Assembly (NCBI GenBank): GCA_041494705.1
Contig: JBGQBI010000001.1
Location: 461,931 to 493,930, forward strand
Direction of reading: 5' to 3'
DNA: 32,000 nucleotides
Origin: Candidatus Methanoperedens sp.
Lineage (GTDB): Archaea > Halobacteriota > Methanosarcinia > Methanosarcinales > Methanoperedenaceae
The notes beneath the pieces were generated by a model. That model was not told where the DNA came from. It did no database searches and saw only the letters and a list, made by a program, of their open reading frames with translations. Shown here piece after piece: positions 1 to 7,552 of this stretch. Within the stretch, counting starts at the first letter, position 1. Each line of letters begins with the position of its first letter. A program made the position numbers and the translations under genes.

Positions 1-3000
1 CATACGAGCCGTAATCCGTATCATTATTGGGTATTCTCATCCCTGATATGTTCTCATTCTCATGACATCCTATACATGAAGCGAGATCACTTGTCTTATT
101 ATCCAGCGCCCTGATATTTGTCCCGTTCCTGTAATGATTGGATATAATCGTTGCATTGTATGCTCCTGCATTGCTTCCATTCGCAAGATGGCAGTCCGTG
201 CAGGTGTAGGGCGTGTCTCTCTTATCCGGGTGGGTGTTGTTAGCTACTACGTAGCCGCTTGAGTTGTGACATGCCCAGCAGCTTGCGTTTATGCCATAGC
301 CCGAAGCGTTGTTGCTGTTTATGTTTGCATGCACGGATATGCTGAAATTCGCGCCGTCTATGTAATGCAGGCCGGTGAAGTTCTGGGGATTGGAGTTATT
401 ATGGCAGTCAAGGCAGCCGGGACCGCCGCCGAGTACCACTTCGTTTGAATGGAAATCTACCGGCATGCTCTGGTTTCTGGTATGACAGGTATAGCACGAA
501 TTGTTGCTTATTGCGTATCTGTTCCCGAACATGTTGCTGGCGTTTACCTGCATTGCATTGCCCCATCCATTTCTTATTGTTTCAATGCTCTGGTTGTGGC
601 AGAACAGGCAGTTGGTGGTGTTGGGCATGCGGTCTATGGGGACTGTCCAGTGAGGTGGATCGTACTTGCCAACTGGTACAGAAGCATCGTTATACTGTGC
701 ATAGTAACCTCCGAAATTAGACTTGTTGAAATAGGGGGCTGCGTGACACGTTCCTTCTCCTGTGACTGCGTTGTAACTATAGCAGGTGGTAGAGTATGTT
801 GCAGTGCCGCCCTGCGAGGGTACGCTTACATTAGTGCCCGTTATGTTGGAGTAATTGATATGGGAATAAACATAGGGCAATGTATCATTTATGTCGCTCC
901 TCAATGAATAGAAAGTGGTCCGGTTCGGGCCGGTGAAGAGACTGGTGGTGTTGGGGAGGTGGCAGTTCTCGCACAGTTTGACGCTCTGGAGGTTCGTTGC
1001 GATCGTGCCGGAGTTTGCTGAACCGTGGCAGGCATAGCACGGCTCGGAATCGCTGGGAACTGAGTTTGATTCGTTGAAGTCATCCTGTTCCCAGTCAAAA
1101 CCACGATCGTACGTAAGGGATGGGACGTCAATACCGCCGTGGATTGAATATGAATAGAACCACGGCTGAGAGTGGAATGTGTCGTTTGCGTTCGTGGATT
1201 TATTATGGCAGTTGCCACAGTCCTGGCTTTTTGCGGGATGTCTTGTGAGGTTGGCGTACCATTCCGTTGCATTTGCAGGGGATTTGTGGCACAGCGAGCA
1301 GTTGGTGCTGTTTTTGATAAGGCTGGTGTTGGTGGCGTAGTGGGATATATTGGAATAGATTGCATCTATAGCGTCACCACCACTTATATAAAAACCACTC
1401 GTATTAAAACCGCCCATGCTTTTTATGTGGCAGGCGGCGCAATCTACCGAAGAGTTCAAGTCTGATGTAATTTTGTAACCCAAACCTGCTGTGACTTCAA
1501 TGGTATAATTATACGGTATGTGGTTGTATATTTTCCTCGCACTTAGGTCATTAATCCTGTCTGCATCGGTGTAGGTGAGGTTGTAGGTCGCATTATGGCA
1601 TGCAACGCAGCCGGTTATTATTATTGTTGTGTTAAACTCTGTGCCGTTGGTATGGCATGCCCAGCAGGCTTTGTTCACAGGATCTGATAAAAGATTTGTT
1701 TTGTTTGCAAGATGGTTTAGATTTTGATGAGTTGCATTCGAGGACGAGTTCATTTTAGAAACATCCACTTTAGCTATCGAGTTGTTTGTGGTATTCGACA
1801 CATCATGACATTTAACACAATCAGAAATATCCCCTGTGAGGTGAACTATCCCACTCTTTTTCACAAGCGATTCCTGTCCTGTTATCGCAAAAGGGGACAG
1901 CGAACCTGTGCCGGCGCTTAACGTGCTATTTGTAATGTCCCTGATGGTTTCAAGCATCTCCCATTGTGTAACATTCCAGTGATAGACTACAAGCGTATTT
2001 TCATTTACATTGTTGAGTTCGGCTTTGCTGTAGTGTATAGTTACTTCTGCTGATGAAAATGATATATTCTCCGCGCTAATCTCCACAAATTTTACAACCT
2101 TTCCCGGAACCGGAACTGGCACGGGGTTTTTCTTCCCGAAATCATCAAGAATGACTTTTCCTTTCCCGTGGACTGAAGCATTTTCCAGCTTCAGGGCGGC
2201 ATTTTTTGTGGGGATTGCATCAATTTTAAAGGTTTTTGGATTATCCGGTGCTGCGCTGGCTACGGGTAGAAAAAAATCCAGAATTGAATAAAATATCACT
2301 GCCGGCTCGGTGATAATCGGGAAAGCCAGCCCGATTAGACCTGAGTTGTTTACCTTACGATAAGATTTGACCAGCGAATTGTTTTCAAATATCTCTACAG
2401 TTGAATTGACAAGAGAACCCGATGTATCTATGACATTGATGTCCCACTCCGGAGAAGGAGCCACAATCGCAAAGACTGACAAAGAGTTCACCGTCGTGCC
2501 CAGGATATTATTTACCGCATCGATTTTTGTTGGCAGTTCGTTCCATACCTGCATAGCGCCATCGTACTTGTAAATAGTAAGGTTATTCACATCCAGTCCG
2601 CTCACTTCCGCATCCGTGTATTTTATTGATATATCGGCGTTAGAAAAGGAAACGCCGCTGGAATTGACTTCAACGTACTTTACCGGCGTCCCGGGCGCGG
2701 ATACATTTACGCTCCCGGGCTGGTTGATACCGTAATTTTCCAGTACTACCCTTCCTTTTGGCGAATCACCTGAAATCCGAAGATTGATTGATATGCCCTT
2801 GGTTGCAAAATCATCATAACTGATTATAGTGCCAGGGATTCCGTGCCAGCTTATAAGATTGACATCCGGTTTTGGAGGGCCGCTTGATACCCCATCTCCG
2901 CTTAAAGATATTGCGCCCGTTAACGGATTTCCTGCACTGTCTGTGAATGTTATCTCGCCGCTTGTTTTTTGCGCTTCGGTATGTGTAAGTATTGGAGGAA

Positions 3001-3097
3001 AATACAATAAAGCCGCAGCTATGCCTGATAAAACTACAAACACAAGTATTATGAGCCTGATATTAGAGAGGCCTGCCTTATCTCTTAAAACATCCAT
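1..3097 (-). CDS. Multiheme c-type cytochrome (partial; C-terminus runs off the left window edge), with an N-terminal membrane anchor and two PGF-pre-PGF-like domains
   Basis: Not in the supplied ORF track, apparently because it runs off the edge. My own reverse-strand translation starts at ATG 3097, with an in-frame TAG upstream at 3118-3116. It reads MDVLRDKAGLSNIRLIILVFVVLSGIAAALLYF (TM anchor). Two segments ending ...NSLSVFAIVAPS and ...GSLSPFAITG resemble archaeal pre-PGF domains. There are 14 CxxCH motifs, seen at nucleotide level; frame confirmed for 7 sites (the six listed here plus the CX11CH). Examples: CVKCH 1805-1819, CWACH 1652-1666, CENCH 959-973, CLDCH 401-415, CWACH 266-280, CIGCH 62-76. 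There is also one CX11CH at 743-784. All sites whose frame I checked share the frame of ATG 3097. Confidence 0.85.
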   Translation of the reverse strand, partial: MDVLRDKAGLSNIRLIILVFVVLSGIAAALLYFPPILTHTEAQKTSGEITFTDSAGNPLTGAISLSGDGVSSGPPKPDVNLISWHGIPGTIISYDDFATKGISINLRISGDSPKGRVVLENYGINQPGSVNVSAPGTPVKYVEVNSSGVSFSNADISIKYTDAEVSGLDVNNLTIYKYDGAMQVWNELPTKIDAVNNILGTTVNSLSVFAIVAPSPEWDINVIDTSGSLVNSTVEIFENNSLVKSYRKVNNSGLIGLAFPIITEPAVIFYSILDFFLPVASAAPDNPKTFKIDAIPTKNAALKLENASVHGKGKVILDDFGKKNPVPVPVPGKVVKFVEISAENISFSSAEVTIHYSKAELNNVNENTLVVYHWNVTQWEMLETIRDITNSTLSAGTGSLSPFAITGQESLVKKSGIVHLTGDISDCVKCHDVSNTTNNSIAKVDVSKMNSSSNATHQNLNHLANKTNLLSDPVNKACWACHTNGTEFNTTIIITGCVACHNATYNLTYTDADRINDLSARKIYNHIPYNYTIEVTAGLGYKITSDLNSSVDCAACHIKSMGGFNTSGFYISGGDAIDAIYSNISHYATNTSLIKNSTNCSLCHKSPANATEWYANLTRHPAKSQDCGNCHNKSTNANDTFHSQPWFYSYSIHGGIDVPSLTYDRGFDWEQDDFNESNSVPSDSEPCYACHGSANSGTIATNLQSVKLCENCHLPNTTSLFTGPNRTTFYSLRSDINDTLPYVYSHINYSNITGTNVSVPSQGGTATYSTTCYSYNAVTGEGTCHAAPYFNKSNFGGYYAQYNDASVPVGKYDPPHWTVPIDRMPNTTNCLFCHNQSIETIRNGWGNAMQVNASNMFGNRYAISNNSCYTCHTRNQSMPVDFHSNEVVLGGGPGCLDCHNNSNPQNFTGLHYIDGANFSISVHANINSNNASGYGINASCWACHNSSGYVVANNTHPDKRDTPYTCTDCHLANGSNAGAYNATIISNHYRNGTNIRALDNKTSDLASCIGCHENENISGMRIPNNDTDYGSY

Positions 3098-3261
3098 TTT
3101 TTTGACCCTGGTTTTCTACATTGTTTTCATTCCAATCCTATTTTCCTATCACCTTAATTGTTATTTATGCGCGTTCAAAATAAATAGGTTTACATGATTT
3201 TAATTGAATGAACATAATTATCAATCAGGAACCTGGCTTTTGGTTGTATTGAATGGCATTA

Positions 3262-4098
3262 TCATGACGTTAAATAATCCGTATGACGCCCGCTATATAC
3301 ATACCCGACACCGAATGCGGAAAATGCAAGTATGAAGATGCTGAAAATGATTAGCCATGCAATCCTTTTTCCGGTCCATCCCGCATTCATCCGCAGGTGC
3401 AGGCAAATCCCGTATGTGAACCATGAAATCAAAGACCATGTCTCGATGGGGTCCCAGCCCCAGTACCTCCCCCATGTCTGGTTTGCCCATATAGCGCCTG
3501 CTGCTATCATGATAGTAAGGGCGAAAAATCCCAATGCCACGAAACGATACATAAGATCGTCCATTGTTCGCAAGTCGGGCAGCCTGTCGTAAAATGAATC
3601 CTGGACTCCGGTATTTAAGTGCTTCTCTTTCAATATATAAAGAGCAGCAATGCCTGCCGCTACCATTACTGACCCGAAGCCAAGACTTGCAAAACCCACA
3701 TGGACTATCAGCCAGTAACTCTGGAGAGAAGCCGGTATCATCTGGATATCCCTCGAATAAGTCGAACCTATAGCCATCATCAAAAAGGATGCGGGCAGCA
3801 CTATAAATCCTGCAATCTTTATCTTTTCATATTTTTGCTGCGCGAGCAGGAATATAACTACGGAAAACCATGCATATTTTGATAAAACCTCGTACATACT
3901 GATGTAGGGACCGTGCCCTGTTTCTATCCACCGCAGGGCTATGGAAACGCTGTGGAACAACAAGCCGATTAGGGCGCTGCTGACTGCAAGATTTATTCTT
4001 TCTTCTTTCTTGAAAACAAGGCAGTATAAGTAAACAGCCGAACTGAGCGCATAAAGCATTGCAGCGGCCACGTACATAATCCATTCAGTCTGTCCCAT
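3262..4098 (-). CDS. ccsA: Cytochrome c biogenesis System II heme-handling protein CcsA/ResC
   Basis: 278-aa polytopic membrane protein carrying the Trp-rich WWD-type motif WGRYWGWDPIETWSLISW. It overlaps the stop of the upstream resB-like gene by 14 nt. An alternative start, MYVAAAM, lies at 4077. Confidence 0.9.
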   Translation of the reverse strand: MGQTEWIMYVAAAMLYALSSAVYLYCLVFKKEERINLAVSSALIGLLFHSVSIALRWIETGHGPYISMYEVLSKYAWFSVVIFLLAQQKYEKIKIAGFIVLPASFLMMAIGSTYSRDIQMIPASLQSYWLIVHVGFASLGFGSVMVAAGIAALYILKEKHLNTGVQDSFYDRLPDLRTMDDLMYRFVALGFFALTIMIAAGAIWANQTWGRYWGWDPIETWSLISWFTYGICLHLRMNAGWTGKRIAWLIIFSIFILAFSAFGVGYVYSGRHTDYLTS

Positions 4099-5485
4099 GT
4101 AACCTCTTAATCTTATCTACAATACCTGAATATTCTTCTTCATATAAAGACCTGAACTTATCCGCCCGCCCTCCTATATAAATTTCCACTGCACCGGACT
4201 TTTCATCCCTCTTAACCTCAACCCATACCCTTTTAGGGATTATAAAGAAAGATACCATCAGGCTGAGTATCATCAATCCGGCTCCCGCATACACAAGAGG
4301 CGTTCCGTCGTCCTTCACCACGTAGAAATTACTCCAGTATTTTATATCGTAAAAACCAAGATATTTATCAGATATTTTCACGGTCTCGTTGAGCCGCAAA
4401 GTCCCATCGTAAATCTGCTTTCCCCTGTCAAATACCCTCAAAAACATGATAGGTGTTTTTTCGGCTTCGGATTCCATGAGTTTTCCTGTCAAAGGCGCAG
4501 TCATGTAAACCATCAATCCCCCTTCAAGCCCCGTATTCCCCATTTCAAATGATGCGACATACCTCCCGCTGTTATCGAGGTCTGATGCGGTTATATACGA
4601 GCCGGAATATACCGTCCCGTCAGGATTTTTCAACAACAGCAGCGGCGCAAGACCATAGACGTTTCCAAGAAACGTGTATCCATTATAAGTCATCATGTGA
4701 TTTGAATATACGATATCAGTTTTCACTTTCTGACCATTCTCTATTATGGCAAGCTCACCTGCTGCTCCGCGAGGCGTATGTGTTTCATCCTTATAATCAG
4801 GGAAGAATCTCTCAAGAGATATACCGAATTTCCGATGTTGTTCATAAAAAAAAGGACCTTCATTGATAAACATATAGTTCCCGTGCTCTTCTTCCATGGT
4901 CTGTCCCTCTATTAATCGCATATCCCCTTCCATCCTGCCCGTACTGCCGTAAACCGCAGCTATTATGATGAAAAGTATGCTGATGTGAAATAGCGATGTG
5001 CCCATTATCCCTAGCCTGTTTTTTTCAGCAAGAATGCAATTCTCTTCCTGCCATACCTTATATCCTGCGGACTTAAGTAAAGAACCAGTTTCAGAAATAA
5101 CACTGTTGCTATCTTTTTTTGTTTTAATTACCGAGCTGTTCTCAAGTCCGGTAATGTATGCTTTTTTTTGGAATTGTGGAGCATTGAGCCTTCGAAAAGC
5201 GTTGTTCAACATCGTTCTTGTGCAAAAAAGAGTATTGATGACAAGGAGCGCCGCTATACTTAAAAATATAAATGATGAAAAAAGATGGGTAAAACCGATT
5301 TTCTCAAAGATATCAGCCTGCTCCGGATGGGCAGACTTCCATTTATCATATACATCAGGCTTGAGCTGCGATTGCTGGGGTACATGGGTCCCGATTATCG
5401 AAAATACGATAATAAGAGTAATAAGAACTATCGCAAGTTTTCTGGAGCTAAAAAAAGTAGCGATTTTGCCCATACTAAAATCCAT
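4085..5485 (-). CDS. ccsB: Cytochrome c biogenesis System II protein CcsB/ResB
   Basis: 466 aa. The N-terminus, FFSSRKLAIVLITLIIVFSIIGTHVPQQ...LFSSFIFLSIAALLVINTLFCT, matches the ResB-family N-terminal TM pair. A large soluble loop and a C-terminal TM (LVYAGAGLMILSLMVSFFIIP) follow. It lies directly upstream of, and overlaps, ccsA. Confidence 0.85.
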   Translation of the reverse strand: MDFSMGKIATFFSSRKLAIVLITLIIVFSIIGTHVPQQSQLKPDVYDKWKSAHPEQADIFEKIGFTHLFSSFIFLSIAALLVINTLFCTRTMLNNAFRRLNAPQFQKKAYITGLENSSVIKTKKDSNSVISETGSLLKSAGYKVWQEENCILAEKNRLGIMGTSLFHISILFIIIAAVYGSTGRMEGDMRLIEGQTMEEEHGNYMFINEGPFFYEQHRKFGISLERFFPDYKDETHTPRGAAGELAIIENGQKVKTDIVYSNHMMTYNGYTFLGNVYGLAPLLLLKNPDGTVYSGSYITASDLDNSGRYVASFEMGNTGLEGGLMVYMTAPLTGKLMESEAEKTPIMFLRVFDRGKQIYDGTLRLNETVKISDKYLGFYDIKYWSNFYVVKDDGTPLVYAGAGLMILSLMVSFFIIPKRVWVEVKRDEKSGAVEIYIGGRADKFRSLYEEEYSGIVDKIKRLHGTD

Positions 5486-5612
5486 TATTTTATCTTCCTG
5501 GCTTATTGTTTTTCTAATGTATTACGTTGTTCCATAGAATTGATGCGCATCTCACTATACCCTTGATAAGTAGATATAAATAACTTTGCAGATGATGTAA
5601 ACGTAAACTAAA

Positions 5613-6080
5613 ATGACGCCTCTAAATAAAATAATCGTCCTGATTGCCCTGGGTTCAGTTCTCGTTTTATCGGCTGCCTGGTGGGATTCGCAATCAGGAA
5701 ACAATTCAGCTTTTATCAAACTTGGCGGTGTTTCATTTCATACATCAATAGAACCGGGAATCACAGAGGCAAAGAACTTAAGCAAACCTGTTTTCCTGTA
5801 TTTCAGGTCAGAAACGTGTTACTGGTGCATAAGATTTGAAGATGAAGCCCTGTCTGATAAAAGGGTCATCGATAAACTCAATAAAAATTTTGTTCTTATA
5901 TCGATAGATACATTCAAACAAAAAAATGTTTCTCTCAATCTCAATGTACGAAATACCCCGTACATGATTTTCTTTACAAAAGACGGCGAAGAGATATCAA
6001 GAATCCCGGGCTACCTGCAAACTGACGATTTCCTGGTAAAATTAGATTCCGTATCTGAAAACCTCAACCGGAGCTCTTAG
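5613..6080 (+). CDS. Membrane-anchored thioredoxin-fold protein with a CxxC active site (candidate apocytochrome thiol reductase, ResA/CcsX analogue)
   Basis: 155 aa with an N-terminal signal/anchor (IIVLIALGSVLVLSAAWW). It has a thioredoxin-like core, PVFLYFRSETCYWCIRFEDEAL, with the CYWC motif. It is divergent from ccsB across a 127-bp AT-rich intergenic region that contains 'atataaata'. Confidence 0.65.
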   Translation: MTPLNKIIVLIALGSVLVLSAAWWDSQSGNNSAFIKLGGVSFHTSIEPGITEAKNLSKPVFLYFRSETCYWCIRFEDEALSDKRVIDKLNKNFVLISIDTFKQKNVSLNLNVRNTPYMIFFTKDGEEISRIPGYLQTDDFLVKLDSVSENLNRSS

Positions 6081-7524
6081 TTGCAGTTATATATGTTTCA
6101 ATAAACTTCTTAACCTGAGGTGGCATCTCCCCTTTCATCTGGTTTGAGAGGTAAGAATCGTTGATGAGCAGTCGCGTGACCTCTATCATGTAGTTTTTCT
6201 TAAAATCGCTCATCTCCTCAATCTTTTCAAGCTTTCCCATGTAAAAATCCCGGAACGCCTTTAAAAGATGTTTATTTAGCTCCTCCCGCGTCATGTTGAC
6301 GGGCCTGACTATCGGTTCGATAAGATTGTATTTTGAATAATCAAATTCCTCTATATACGGCGCAAGTTCAGGATAAATATCAGAATAAGGCCATGGGGCA
6401 ATTGCAAGGAAAAACGCAAGGTCAGGATTATAATACTGCGCCAGCTTACATGCCGCCTCTATGGATTCGGGCGTTTCTTCCGGCATCCCAAGGACAAAAG
6501 ATGTCTCCGAAATAATCCCGGTATTGTTTATCAGGTCAATCGCTTCCCTTGACTGCCCTATCCTGATATTTTTCTGATAGCGGTCAAGTGTATCCTGGCT
6601 TGCGGATTCCGCTCCCACGTAGATATGAAGGATTCCCGCCTTTTTGTATTTATCAATTATATCCTTATCACGCAGGATGTCGTCCACCCTTGTTTCCATC
6701 AGGAGTTCAAGGTCAAGTTCTTTCTCGATGAGCAGATCAAGGATTTTCTCCCACCGTTTGCGGTCATACGTGGGGGTTTCATCAGCTATCATGGCAACAT
6801 CCACGCCATATGTGCTGTTTAAGTATTCAAGCTCGGATACGAAGTTTTCAGGGCTTCTCCCTCTCCATTTCTCCCTCCAGAAAAGACGCTGCGAACAGAA
6901 GGTGCATTTCTGGGTGCAGCCCCTTGAAGAACTCACGACTGCAAGTGTGGAATTTTTCTTTGTCTTGAATGTATAATCCTTCCACTCTATAAGGTTCCAT
7001 GCCGCAGGCATTGTGTCCAGATTTGAGATGAGAGGCCGTTCTTTCGTGCAGATGATTTTCCCATCCCGCGCATAAGCAATTCCCGGGGTATCCGGGTTTT
7101 TTTCTGCAAAAACCTGGCTTAAAAGTTCTGATGTAGTGATTTCACCTTCGCCGCGTATGATATAATCTACTATGCTCCTCTCTTTTTGCAGGATTTCCTC
7201 CCAGCAGAAAGTGGGATGGATGCCGCCAAGGAGCGTAATTATCCCCGGATTTACCTCTTTAGCTACCTTGAGAACCGCAATAGCATCGTAAAGGCTTGAT
7301 GTATATGCCGCCGTGCCCACAACATCGGGAGTGATTTCTTTTATGCGCCTTTTGATGTCATCAAAAGTATGGTATTTTGACATCGCATCGTATATGCTGA
7401 CTTCATACCCGGATTTTTGCAGGCTTCCGGCAACATAGACCATGCCAAGTGGCATCCATGTGCCTGCGGATTCGAGTACGCCGCAGTGGTAAGGCGGTGT
7501 TATTAACAGGACTTTTTTAGACAT
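6064..7524 (-). CDS. B12-binding-domain radical SAM protein (class B rSAM)
   Basis: The N-terminal MSKKVLLITPPYHCGV...PLGMVYVAGSLQKSGYEVSIYDA is typical of a cobalamin-binding domain. The radical SAM cluster motif is SSSRGCTQKCTFCSQ (CxxxCxxC). I prefer the ATG at 7524 (MSKKVLL) over the track start at 7587, which would overlap the upstream gene. The 3' end converges with and overlaps the thioredoxin-like gene by 17 nt. Confidence 0.85.
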   Translation of the reverse strand: MSKKVLLITPPYHCGVLESAGTWMPLGMVYVAGSLQKSGYEVSIYDAMSKYHTFDDIKRRIKEITPDVVGTAAYTSSLYDAIAVLKVAKEVNPGIITLLGGIHPTFCWEEILQKERSIVDYIIRGEGEITTSELLSQVFAEKNPDTPGIAYARDGKIICTKERPLISNLDTMPAAWNLIEWKDYTFKTKKNSTLAVVSSSRGCTQKCTFCSQRLFWREKWRGRSPENFVSELEYLNSTYGVDVAMIADETPTYDRKRWEKILDLLIEKELDLELLMETRVDDILRDKDIIDKYKKAGILHIYVGAESASQDTLDRYQKNIRIGQSREAIDLINNTGIISETSFVLGMPEETPESIEAACKLAQYYNPDLAFFLAIAPWPYSDIYPELAPYIEEFDYSKYNLIEPIVRPVNMTREELNKHLLKAFRDFYMGKLEKIEEMSDFKKNYMIEVTRLLINDSYLSNQMKGEMPPQVKKFIETYITATKSSG

Positions 7525-7552
7525 TTGGTTTCTTTGAATACCGGTATGATAA

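Noticed and set aside
266-3197. Several + strand ORFs in the track (266-448, 445-720, 449-907, 1172-1465, 1724-1921, 2367-2573, 2829-3197) and the minus ORF 901-1365
   Set aside because: They are Cys/Val/Gly/Arg-rich or low-complexity shadows of the long minus-strand multiheme cytochrome frame that runs from 3097 off the window edge. The CxxCH codons read as GTGxCA on the + strand. None shows a recognisable fold or signal.
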